The position numbers were made by a program, and so were the translations under genes. Positions 12,201 to 25,900 of a stretch of DNA of 50,099 nucleotides are shown here, in pieces. Origin of the DNA: Catajapyx aquilonaris (lineage: Eukaryota); the NCBI GenBank assembly GCA_000934665.2, contig JYFJ02002822.1:1-50099 (forward strand), given 5' to 3'. The notes below the pieces were generated by a model. That model worked only from the letters and a program-made list of their open reading frames with translations, did not search any database and had not been told where the DNA came from. The stretch's first letter is position 1. The number at the start of each line of letters is the position of its first letter.

Positions 12201-15200
12201 TTGGGCTATGACGTCATATATCACGTGGGTATCATAAATACCCATGAACATATAAACTACAAAAAATTTCCTAAGACTGGTGATATAAATTTCCATCTGG
12301 GTTATACCAATTGTGACAGTTGATTTGCCCGCTCCCCCTGTTTCCTCCCTTGTCCTGTTTGACAGCGAAACAATGAATTTTTAAAAAAATTATATAATGT
12401 GGTATTGTAATACAATGATCATGGCCGCAGGAGACATAGGGTTAAACATCTGCCAGCTTTCAAGACAAAATACAGTAGACTACAGGCATACAAGACATCA
12501 AGGGGGCACAGAAATCAGTCTGTCAGGATATTTTACACCATGTGTTCGAACTGTGAAGCCCATCATCTCCATAGCAAGGCTTTGGAGACAAAGTGACAGT
12601 TTTACATGAAGTGACTCTGGAAAGCAGTTCACCCTAGAGTATGTTTGTTAAATTACAAAACACCCTGCATATTGCTCGGTTTACTTGCAGTTCTCAATAT
12701 TGCAGGGAGTGGAGGTGGTGGTGGGTGCAAGGAACCAATTACTACAGACCACCACGGTTTCATTGTAAAGGAATCAGCTCATGCCAGACCCTGCCCCTGC
12801 CACATTGTTACCATACAGTTCAAGTAGTTTTCCCTACTGCATTGAAGGTGAACCAAGTATTAAAACATTCTGTAGGTCTCTTTGACTATCTCGAAGTACT
12901 AGACTTCCATTGCTACCATCAGTTTAAAATGCATACCTGTGATGGAGATGAGCCTAGTAAGACTTGCTGAGCATTCATAGGAACACCTGACGACGACACG
13001 AGGTACGTAAACCGCTGTGGGGCAACATTCCCCGACACAGACTGTAAGGTAATCATAATCAACGTCATCATGCAAATGCCATCAACAGTTTCAAAATCTC
13101 CAGCACTATTTCAATGACTTGCCTGTGCTGCTAAGAGTGTTGGTGTTCCTGCTCCTAACTGTTGTGGTGACACAACTCTGATTGTTCCACCAGGCATTGC
13201 AGAAATGGGTAAGCTTGCTATTGAACCTGCATATAAACAAGGAAGACCAGTTATGCTGCAAATGCAAGTGAAATAACACAATAATTCAAAGTAGGCTATA
13301 TGACACACACTGTACTCCCAATTATAGTGGCTAATGGCTGCACGGGTGTCGCCGGATAATCGAAAAACACAGATAATTGGGAACATGGTCATAAAAGCTG
13401 TAAATATGAGCTATTCACAGGTTTTTAATGACCGTACAGAGTGCACGCTGCTTGATTTAATCAAAATAATAAAACATACCATAGATTTTTACTGTCTTCT
13501 AGAAACAACGTCGAGTTATAGAAGATTCAAGTTACAGAAGTTTGGATTTTTAAAGCACATAACTCTATAAGGAAGCCTACCTTTATATCCAGCGACGAAA
13601 GGTGTTAAAAACTTTACAATAACTGTCATTATCACACTTACAATGTTCCTCGTTGTTTTGTTGTAAAAAAATCTCTGTTATGGACATTTGCCTACTCTTA
13701 GATTCAAGGATTCAATTGTCACAATCGAGTCAAACACTTCTTTTGGTACATCTGGTAGACAAAGACCAGGAAATTGAGCCTTTCTGTACATGTGACCTAC
13801 TGTCGACCCTTCGGCTGAGAAATGAGAAAATTTTCCGTACTCGCCAACATGAACTTCGACTTAGGGAGACTGAAAATGCATTGACATCCCATCGTAAGGC
13901 CCTGCCAGCACTTCGAGATATGGAGAACTTCGAGTTACAGAAATTCGAGTTAGGGAAGTTTATTTCCTATTATTTTACATTGTTACCAACCAAGCTCATC
14001 ATTTTCTTCGACTTATAGAGAACTTTGACTAAGGGAAGTTCGACTTATAGAAGTTTTACTGTATTGACAGTAGGTCAAATTTTTGTCCCACTGCTAGTTA
14101 CTGCTAACTTAAGTTGCACTGGTACTGCTAAGTTAGCAATATCTAGCAGTGGGACGAAAATTCAACCCATATTTTTGGACTTTAATTTAAAAATTAATTT
14201 TTTGGCGGTGCACAGTGTATATAATATGGCGTTGGAAAGTCCACAAAAGGCTGAAGGGTTCAAGAGTGAACCTGGCTGGAGCCAGTGACTGGCAGGAAAT
14301 CATGCCAACATTTTGACTTCCATTATGAACAGGGTTTTTCTTTAAAGGGTGACAAAAATCCGTCCCATTTCCAAGTTGGGCAGGTTGTTATACCCATCAA
14401 AAATACATTGCATGACCTATGCATACGTCTATTCCCAGAAAATTTTCACAGAGGGCAGGTTTCCGCTATACTCAAGCGTCCTGTACGGAGAGGTTTCACT
14501 GTATTGAAATTCGACTTACAGATTTGATTCCTAATACTGTACATTGCAACCAATCAGATGCAATTATCTTATACTTCATCATGTTCAAGTTGCAGAGGTT
14601 CCACTGTAATTCACACATGTCTGGCAATCAAATGACATACACCAATTTTCACTTAAATATACACTCCCGGTCAAAAGTTTAGCATCACCCCCAAGCAGAG
14701 GTTTTTAATTTCTCAAGCCTAAACGTACAGTGCAAATTGAAAGTGTGAAGCACCGTTGAAAGCGTCGTGAATAACGCTACAAACCAACAAAGGAATGGTC
14801 ATTCTAGGTTCAACAGAGGCGCAGATATTACCTATGTTGTTAAAAAAAAAATCCTCAAAAACCTACATTTCCAACTATAAATATTATGAAATAAAGGTAA
14901 TCATAACGAATTCATGCTTTATGACCGAAGCAGTTTGGTGGAGTGGCTATAGGGTCCGACTGCTAATCGGGAAGTCCTGGGTTCGAGCCCTGGGGCCAGC
15001 AACTCTAACCGTGGTTTTCTGTGGTTTCCCCAGTCCCTCCAGGAGAATTCCGGGATTGCTTCCTAATTAAAAAGGCCACAGCCACCTCCTTCCTTCCCTA
15101 TCCTATCCCAAAAAGCAAAAAGTAAACATGTAAGCAAGAGTTCCAGACAAAACAAAAATCCCCCCCTAAAGAGCCGAAAAAAGGCTGATAACGGGATAAG

Positions 15201-17203
15201 ATATTATTATTAATTCATGCTTTATGATTTTTATTTATGGGATTATGGCAATAAGTAAACACCGAACACAAGAAAAATTACCACAAAAATTGTTGACCAT
15301 ACATCAATTGTTGGCTGCATATATGAAGAAATGCCTCAAATTTTAAAAAATTCCAGTTCGAGTGATAATTTTATAAAATTAAATTATCACTCGAACTGGA
15401 ATCTTTTCTCAAGTTATGCGCTATTGACCATACGTCAATTGTTGGGTACATATACGAAGAAATGCTGCAAATTTAAAAAAATTCCAGTTTGCGTGATAAT
15501 TTTTAAAACATTTTGTGGTAATTTTTCTTGTGTTCGGCGTTTACTTATTGCCATAAATAAAACTCATAAAGCATGAATTCGTTATGATTACCTTTATTTC
15601 TTAATATTTATAGTTGGAAATGTAGGTTTTCGAGGATTTTCTTTTTAACAACATAGGTAATATCTGCTCCTCTGCTGAACCTAGAATGACCATTCCTTTG
15701 TTGCTTTGTAGCATAATTCACGATGCTTTCAACGGTGCCTAACACTTTCAATTTGTACTGTACGTTTAGGCTTGAGAAATAAAAAACCTCTGCTTGGGGG
15801 TGATGCTAAACTTTTGACAGGTAGTGTAACAATGGTTGTTTTTGCACCATCCAACAATATCTTGTAATCACTTGATCACTCTCAAATTAAAGCCTTTGCA
15901 TTTCATTTCAAGGTAATCGCCTCTCTTGTATCCCGTTTTCTCCACCTTGTCAGCATAGTCCGGTTGTGTCAAATATACTTATTGCCTGGGGTTTTCCTGT
16001 GCAAAGCCCTTAAGAAATTAGGGCCTGGATGGTCCCCCTATTCACCCCAGCCTGAGGATGGCTCGAGTACAAGGAAAAAAATATACTGCATCACATCCTT
16101 TAAATGAGCATAAAAATTCACAACTGACAAAGTAGGGAGTTTACATCATACTTTGCTCAGTCAATGGGTACTGTAGCAAGCAAAAAGGCTTTCACTGATT
16201 GCTGTTTGGTTTCTTTCATTGGTACAGCTGAGGAAACTAACATTACGAGGTATGAGAACTCGTCTTCAGGTTTGATTTTGGGTGCTGTATCAACGGTTCA
16301 ATAAGAATAGTCCCTTGCGTCGAGCGGGCAGCCACGCGTCAGGATGAAAGCAACCAGTAACTGGTTCCTTTCATCCTGACGCGTGGCTCGACGCGAGGGA
16401 CAATTCTTTTTGGACTGATGATACAATCATGTCCTGCTACCTATTTCTCCCAGCATTCCCGAGAACTCTCCATGATTCTGTGACACCACACACCAGTCAT
16501 CTCCCTCTTAATGCTCATGGTGGTAAATGTTCTACACAAATAAGAACTTCAACACAGAAGAATAAAAATAACAGAGAAATACTAACTATGCTTGGCTGCC
16601 TCATCTTCATCCGTGAGATCAATGATCTTGACTCCTGGATTGGCTGCCTGTATAGGTATAGTCACCTTGTTAACAATAGGTGGTGTTATACCAGCAGGCT
16701 TTGGTATGATTGTAGTGGGTACCACTACTTTGGACCCAGGTGCAGCAACTATACGAGTTGAACTTGGTAGTGATGCTAGGAGCTATTTTAAAATGCGAAA
16801 AATTAGTACATAATTTATGACACATGAATTCAATTTCGTGATTAATTGGAACAAAATTTCTGAAGACCAAATTTCAAAATATTACCATTATACTTACTCG
16901 ACTGTGTAAAGAAACAACAGGAGTGGTGGCTCTCACTAACGATCCTGGGGCAGTCGAGGTTTCTGCCCTAACAATTTGCAATGATGGTCGAGCCACATTT
17001 GAAGGCATCACCTGTGGCTGAACTTGAGCAGGTATGCGAGGTAATATGGGAGCTGGCTGGGGTCCATTTTTTATGGGAGTAGTAACAGGTGGTTGCTGAG
17101 GAGAAAAGAAATCCAATCATTTGACAGGAAATACACAATATTCCTATTTTAAGGTAATCATATGCTAAATGTTAACAGACCACTTGGAAAATGATTTTTT
17201 AAG

Positions 17204-17249
<46 letters not shown>

Positions 17250-17253
17250 GGCC

Positions 17254-17299
<46 letters not shown>

Positions 17300-20200
17300 G
17301 TATTACCCCTTGCCACCCCTTACGGGGTATTCGGGGAGAGCCATTGTTCCTATACGCCATCGATCGACAAGTCCGATAGAAACTTAGACCATGTTAGAAG
17401 TGCCCGGACCTACAGGCAGGGGGACTGGGAGGGGATGTCCAAGGTGCAGTGGAGAATGAATTATTTTTTTTGCAGAAAAGCGATTTTGCTTCACGGAGTG
17501 GTGCAATAGGTGCACACTTACTTTTGGATCTAAGTTTCTTGAGACATTCTGAGAAAAATTACTATGGTTGATTTTGGATATATGACGGAGATTTTGCATC
17601 TGATTTCCCTTTGATGTCACTGTTGGTTTGTGCTGGCTTGAATGCTTGAGTGGCAGAAATGGGGTAAGGATGATGTTGGGGACCAGGTTGTTTCGAGTAG
17701 ACCTACATGGTAGGTTTTTGTTTTGGAATTTGCATAAAAATATTCAAGGGGGATCCAATAATAACACAGGCCCACAATGAAATTTTTTTCTTCAAAGTGA
17801 GAGGTGTTTCTTATGTATTTTTTGATGCTGATTTCGGGGAAAATACGCAAAAACTTCTATCACATACAGTTTCGACACAAATCGAGAATTTCTGTCTGAT
17901 TGCCTACATACTGAGTGCGCTGCTATAAAAATGTATCAAAATAATTATTTTAGCTTAGAAAAGAGGTATTTCAGGTCAATGACGATAAATTGAAACATAG
18001 AAAGTAGAAAAATGCTAAAATGTAGAAAGATTTTAAAATGTGTGGCCAAATAGGATGCTAAAAGTAGGGGAAAATAATGTGCGCTTCGAATCTTTGGTGG
18101 GCAAAAAAAAAGTACTCCTGCCTCCAAGGGAGGCGGAGTGGTGCTGCGGTAACGTATGCGCCCAGAGATGTTAAGGTCCCGGGTTCTACGACTCAGCCTG
18201 GGGACACCCCCTTCATCTCGTCCAGAGTTGAGCGGCCGTCTCTGGCTTCGTCTTGGGTGGCTCCTTAGACTAACGACCCAGGGGAGTTCACAAAACGACC
18301 ACAGATAAGATGGTGAACTAAAGGCTAAAGGCGACTAGTTACTTTTAACTTAGCAGTACCATTGCATTACACTAGTACTGCAGTGAAACCTGTGTATAGC
18401 GGAATCGCATGGGACCCCAAAAATGCTCCGTTATGGACAGGTTTCCGCTATAACCAGATCAAGGACGTTACTCATTATTTTTGTTCGCGAGAAAGAGAGG
18501 AAAATGGGGAGAGCAAAAATAAGCACCTGACCTCACTATGGTGCAAAATCCTAATTTTGGCTGCTCCATGAGACCATCAGCCCGGACTCTGGCAATATGT
18601 TGAACCCGTGTCAACCCCTTCCTCTTCCCCGACATAACTGGACTGAACCGTGAACTGAAAGGCACCTACGAGTCAATGACATGAGTCACATCTTCTTGGC
18701 CCGTCCCGAAAGCCGATTTTAGAGTTTCGGAACCAAAAATATTGCCCCTCTCCTCATCCTTTATCTTCAAGGCCACAGGTCATAGCAATTCCAGAAATTA
18801 CTAGACACACGTGGTCCAAAAAGGGTTACTCAGAGGCCACCTGGAATTGCCGATAGTGAACCCTGCTGTGGTTTCTATTTTTGTGACTCGCAGGATATAA
18901 TGCGAACCTTTTGATTTCCGCTATGAACAGGGATTTTCTCTGAAAGGAGCCAAAAATCCTTTCCGTTTCCGCGTTGGGCAGGTTCCGTTATATCCGTCAA
19001 AAAATACATTGTATGTCCTATGCCTATGCCGGTTCCCGAAAAAAATTCTGTAATGGATAGGTTTCCACTATATCCAGGGTCCGTTATGGGCAGGTTTCAC
19101 TGTACTGTATGTAAGTTAAAAGTAACTAGTAGTATGACGAAAATTCCACCCAAAGTCACTACTCTAATTTAATTACAAGTTTGCAAAACAACGGTTTTAA
19201 AAATTGCAGATACTTTGGATCACCAAAGTACTACAAATGCAATGCATGCACAGAAGAAAAGCACTTTCTTACCACTGGTGGAGGGGCTGGAACTAGTTTC
19301 TGGGGAACTCCAGCCATAGGTGCTTTTGTACCAACGGGAGCTGGCACAAGCTTGTTTTGCCCATCAGACACCATAACCTGTAAGGACTTTTTCTAGTGCA
19401 AGGCACAGGACAGGAACATATCATGCTGAGGGAATTGCCTGAATTTTCAACAACTTGGGTGGGCAAAGTACCCCTTACCACATGCATGTGAACCTGAAGT
19501 CCAACAGAGCGAGTTATCTTGACAGGAACAAAATGACGATCACGCCTATTCTTCACATCCATTACAAATCGCCTGATCACAACTGTCAAGTCATTCACCT
19601 GAAATAATGGTATACTAATATAGTATGCATGAGATGCCCTGAAGCCCAAAATGTAAAGCCAAATTTCATTTGGGACTGGTCGCAAGGGGAGTGGTAAGTG
19701 GTAAAGACACTCCAATTAGCCAATTTCAACTGACACACTGGAGACTTTCTGCCCTCAGCTTCACCTGAACATGAATGTATATGTCATAGCCCCATAGCGA
19801 AATTGGGCACTTCATGAAATGTCTACTGAAATTGGACACATGCTGTAGTGTAATCTCCCGCGAAGAATTACAGCATGTGCCAAGAAATATTGGACTGTTT
19901 GCGAAGTGTCAGCAGCGGTTTGGATTGATTCCGTAATTCAGAATCTACCCAGTGTACATGAGCAGCCGAGCAAACCCAGAGGGTGTGGAGGGCATCAGGA
20001 GATGCAGAGTGCAGGCCATACCTGCCCATGACCTGGACGAAATGTGAGGAGGGAATGTCTGGAAGTCCAGGAGTTGAATAATTGGTCTGGACTATTGAGC
20101 CAAAGGGTAGTCCCGGTGACTGTACGGAAAGGTTGTCATCCGTACTATGAGTGAAGGCAAGTACTTGTCTGATTGGTTGATCATACGTGTCATTTGGTGG

Positions 20201-22908
20201 GGCAAAGACATGTCCCAGGAAGTAACCAAAGTGCACTGCTGCAAATCTTCTCCCTTCAGCATTCTCATGACCAATTTGGTCATCTCAAAGTCAAATGCAG
20301 ACTCCTGATGCAATCACAGTACGGATGACAACCTCTCCGTACAGTCACCTGGACTACCCTTTGGCTCAAGAGTCCACACCAACTATTCAACTCCTGGACT
20401 TCCAGACATTCCCTCCTCACATTTCGTCCAGGTCATGGGCAGGTATGGCCTACACTCTGCATCTCCTGATGCCCTCCATACCTTCTGGTTTTGCTCAGCT
20501 GCTCATGTACAGTACCAGGCATAATAGCATATCATGAATGTAAACAACGGCTTTGGCATTACATGGCAACTGGGCGTGTTTGGACATCGGCATATGGAGA
20601 GTGCTTAGCTGTCTTTCTATTGTTGCCACTGTTTACAGGTAGCGATTGATGCTGGGTGACTTAGCGACGGGTCTGCAGGCTTACTAATGCATGGCATCGG
20701 AATAAGCAGGCTGAGGGGATATTATTTTGAGAAGGCACTTTGTTATTATCACACTATCGTCACTTCCCACGATGATGGAGTTACAGAATGGCCGGAAAGA
20801 TGAGAGGGATGTTCTAGTAGTTGGTTGTTATGTCTGGTGGTTACTACGGTACTATGTTGATGTTGATCATGACTGGGAAATAAATCAGTTATTCTCAAAA
20901 CGTTCTGAGAGTCAGACCTGAACCTCACAAGATGAAGAAATCCAACATTTCAGACTCTGACAGTAATTCAGAACAAAAATGTGTTCCTTACCCAACCCAC
21001 CCTCTTTCACGCCCTCTCACCCACCCACTACTCCCCTTTCACACGTTACACTGAACTTGATTGGGAGTGGATTCAATGTGGACCTTATATTAAATTGGAA
21101 GACAAGAGCATACCTGACTCCTTCCCGATCATTCAGTAACTCCATGCATCCTGACTCATGCTGGAAAGTGATGATAGTGTGATAATAACAACGCTCCTTC
21201 TCAAAATAATATCCCCTCAGCCCGCTTATTCCAATGCCATGCATTAGTAAGCCTGCAGACCCATCGCTAGGTCGCCCAACATCAATCGCTACCTGTAAAC
21301 AGTGGCAACAATAGAAAGAATGCTAAGCCCTCTCCATATGCCGATGTCCGAACACTCCCGGTTGCCAGGTAAAGCCAAAGCCGTTGTTTACATTTATGAT
21401 ATGCGATTATGCCTGGTACTGTATACACTTATTGGTAGATTCTGAATTACGGAATTAGTTCGGCCCGTTGCTGACACTTCGCGAACAGTTCAATATTTCT
21501 GGGCACATGCTGTAATTCTTCACGGAAGATTGCAACACAGCATGTGTCAAATTTCACTGTTTGAGGTGAAAGTAGTAATCAATTTTTGCCTCCAACAATA
21601 CTGGTTACTCGAGTTACTCAGCATTGTTATCGCTCGGCGATGACATCGCTCACATGTAAACACCACTTCACATATTTTGGATGAGCTGCTCCATGTTTCT
21701 TGGACTCAGCTCTTCGAATGCACTATTTTGCAGCCTTGCCCACAGATGCTCGATATTGTTGCACACAAAATGGTGGCACACTTTCGACACAAAACTACAT
21801 GTCCTCTGACACACAAAAACGTGTCAGGAAATTTCGTCAACGTGTTTTGTGCCAAATGACACAAAACTGTGTGCCATTTCACGTGACACACTATGTATCA
21901 TAATTCTGTTCTCTGAATTCCGGAGTTGTTTCCGTAATTAACAGGCCACAGCCGCTTCCTTCCGTCCCTATCCCATCCCAAAAAGTGCAGTAAAATGAAA
22001 GCAAAGAGTTCCAGGCAAAAGAAAACTTCCCCCCTAAAGAGCCGAAAAAGGCTGATAACGGGGTATGAATTATTTATTATAATTCTGTTCTCTGCAGAGA
22101 TGTGCCAAAATGTGTCAAGTGATACACTTTTGGAAAGATGGAAGGATGACATATACATGTGTGCTACATGGCACACATGTGGGACTTTCTGCAGCAGAAT
22201 ATGTGCCATCCAACTCGTATTTTAGGTTCGTATTTGAGATGACACGTTTTTCTTGTGTACAAAAGCTTTCTGTGTAGTGGTAGGCTCGCAGAGTCTGCAT
22301 TCTTCCTACACCCATGTTTAGTGCAGCTTATTGACAGCACCACTTCTGATTTGGTGTGGGCTTAAAAAGAAGGAACTAGGGGGAAATGGTGGGTGGGAAT
22401 GTCGAGCAGAAGGGACTAGTAGTACTTCTCTGTAGCATTTAGAACTCCATCACTGATCACAACACAATGAGTGAACTACAGTAAGGGGAGGAGGGGAGAA
22501 ACTTTCTGTCCACCCTGTACTATCGCAAATTCGCCCTTTTTTCAGCATTTACTTGGACTAAGCGATTGTTGCAAAAAGGACATATACGGTACCGTGCACA
22601 ATAATGATATTGCATGAGAATGACAGGTTTGGTAAGGAACGTAGTGAGACACTGGGGACGACACGGTGGCGGAGTGGTTAGCGCCGCATCCTTCCACCTC
22701 TAAGGTCCCGAGTTCGATCCCCGGGTCGGACGGAGGATGCTTAAGTGGATAGAGTTTCGATGGGTTCTCTCCGTGTTCGCGTGGGTTTTCTCGGGGTTCT
22801 CCCGTTTCCTCCCACTATCAAAATCCATCACATTACAGGCAAATGATTAATGTCGGTTATTCAAAAGATGATCCCCTAAGAGGCCCAAGGGGCCTATCAC
22901 GGGGTATC

Positions 22909-22959
<51 letters not shown>

Positions 22960-25900
22960 GTGAGACACTGCATAACATGTTACCTAAGTATGAACATAAT
23001 TAAATGATAACTGAAGACAACAAAGTTACATTTTCTGTAGTAAAATATTTTTGGGTAGGCCCTATACTGTTAATGTGAGTGCAGTGGGGAATAAGTAGAA
23101 CTCTAGAGAGGAATCACTACTGAAACATGAAGTCTCAAAAATAACAAATATTTGCTGCTTTGCATTGAAGAAATGTTAATATTTCTGTCGTATTCACCCC
23201 TTTTCTCAGATTCACAATCTTCATGATACTGTATCCGCCCTTTTGATTTATGGCTCTAACTCTGATGTAATTTGTCCCATGACCCCCCCTTTTTATCAGA
23301 ATCCGACGCAACACTTGACGGTGCTGCTGGCAGTGGCCATAACCCAATTTTGGAAAAAATGTTGAATTCATCTACTTGTCATATGGGCATCATTGTGTTA
23401 TATGCAGTAAGTTAGCTTCTGTTGTGTTACAGACCCTTGCATATGCAAATCTTTCCTTTACAGTGATTGAGTTCAGTTCTTACAGTTGATCCTCTCATTC
23501 TATTATATTCAAGAACTCACAACTACACCATTGGTTAATGTCTAGCTCTCTTGCCAAACCCTCAAGAAATCAAGTGCACTCTTCGTAATATTGTTACTGG
23601 TGAGGGTTTTTGCATCTCATCAGAAACTGTAATGCACCCTTTTCTTAGGAAATATCTCACAGAAGAATGACAGTAATCCAATATATTATCATCAACCATC
23701 TAGGACTGTTGAGTGTGCTTTTGGTGTGCTTGTGTTTTCTTCACACATCAATTATTCAAGCAAGTCACAAACAAGTACTGTGAACACCCTCCTACATCTC
23801 TTGTTGCCATAACCTTCATTCCGGGTGTCGTAAAGCACTGGCCTCGTCTCCACCTCGAAAATAAGTCTTTTCACAGTCATATTCACTGAAAAAATGAGCA
23901 GGAAATGGAAGCACCACCAGTAGTTTTTCAAAATGAGAATGGTGGGAACTAAAACCAGAAGAGGAGCCACATGCTGTAACACTGGTGCTGTACAGCTTCT
24001 GTGTGGCAGCTCCCATTCCTTTCTATGGACATGAGGGAAAAAACAGTACCATGCCGCTTTCGCTGTTCAGTGTGACAAGGGCCTCAAAGAACTCGATTAA
24101 TACATGCTGATGCTTGCTCATTGCAATACCGCCTTTGAATAAATGACACACTACAGAGCCAGATTTGAGAAATCAAGTTCATTCCATGTTAGTTGCAGCT
24201 GCAATAAAGGCCTCAACGCAAGGCACAGTTACCATCCCATGTCATGCACATAATAATTCCAACCCGAATCCTTAGTATGATGCTTGCAATTACCACCACC
24301 CCTCTGTCACTAACTACTGTCTCATTTGGGTGGGTATTGTGGATCATGTAAATAAACAGCATCAGTCCCAAACTTAATATGGAATGGGTAGTTGACCATA
24401 AAGAGCAGGTAACTGTTATTTGCAGCCAAAATAATGGCACAGGGACTGATTTAAACTCACCTGCTTCTGCATCAGTGATGCACGTCTTTTATAATGTTCG
24501 ACGTGCCTTTCCAGGTCATTCATATGGAGATGTGCCTTCGCAAGCTCACTTTGCAGCTTAAGTTGAACACTCATTTGTTGACAAATCATTCTCTCCAAAT
24601 CCTGTGACAAGACAAACAAGCTTGATATAACAATAACAATAATGATAATAATACATAACAATAATGATAATAATACATAACAATAATGATAATAATACAT
24701 AACAATAATGATAATACATAACAATAATGATAATAATAATAAGTAACAATAATGATGATAATAATAAGTAACAATAATGATAAAGGTTGACAATCTCTTA
24801 TCTGAAACTCTGAAAACTGAAAAGTTCTGATACTGAAAGTTTTTCCACAGAGGTCATCTGTAACGCAAGGCTCACTTTTGTAGCCAGGAATGTCCTGACG
24901 CAACCCACAACAATGATGACAGTGCTGTCCCCTCTTCTCCACGATCTTCATTCTAGGAATAATGTGGTTTTACTGCAAGTCGTATATGTACAGGTGTTTA
25001 AACGGGGGGGGGGGGGGGGGGGGGGANACCTATTCCTGGGATAAAAAAGGATATACAGTATGTATTGTACATGTTAGGTGCAAACCCCAAAAATGGCCAT
25101 TGAGGGGGAAAACCGAGCATGTCCCAGAATGCTCTTTTCAAAACGGGCAGACCCCGAAATGCTCTTTTTAAAAAGGCCTGAACCCTTTTCTGGACTACAC
25201 TACATAATAACTCACAAACCTTTTCAACTCTTATTTACACACAGCAGCAACTCAAACCCCCCTTTTTTTGTCTTCTATGAATATTATGATTAATATCAGG
25301 AAGCAAAATTAGTGTCATGGCTGGTTCAGAAAAAGCCCATAATGCGATGCGGCAGTTTCTTGTTACCCACTACGGACTACGCCATGTACAATACTTATAG
25401 ATAATAGTGATTTATTTCCAGCATCTACATGGCGTTTCTGAACCAGCCACAACATTAATTTCATGTCCTGACATTTTTGTGTAGTCTTTTTAAATGGTGT
25501 ATTTCGGGGTCTGTTCATTTGAAAACAAGCATTTCTCGATCGTCCCATTTTAAAATGAGCAATTCGCGAAATGGATGATTTGAAAAGGGGCATTTCGCGA
25601 GACCTGCTCGTTTCGAAGAGCGCATTCTGCGAAATGCTCGGTTTTTTCGCTCAATGGCCGTTTTCGGGGTTTGCGCCTAACATACGTTCTGTAATACCAT
25701 TCCGAAATCTGAAGTGTCCAATCCCACAGGTTTCAGATTGAGATTGCCAATCTATAATAATAATAATAACAACAACAACAACAACAACAACAACAATAAT
25801 TAATAAATAAATAAATAAAATTACACCAGCAGGTATTCAGTTATAGGCCCGTGCCCTCTTACGTTCTCTTCTAATATTGCTAGACTTTATAATCATTACC

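Noticed and set aside
17617..17850. VGLLETTW as a LINE endonuclease remnant
   Set aside because: Only one weak motif; not supportable without a profile search
24586..24952. Cys/His-rich ORF MKIVEKRGQHCHHCC... after a tag acceptor
   Set aside because: No phase-compatible donor; runs into the minisatellite; exon 2 joins exon 3 directly (TRQ|DLE)
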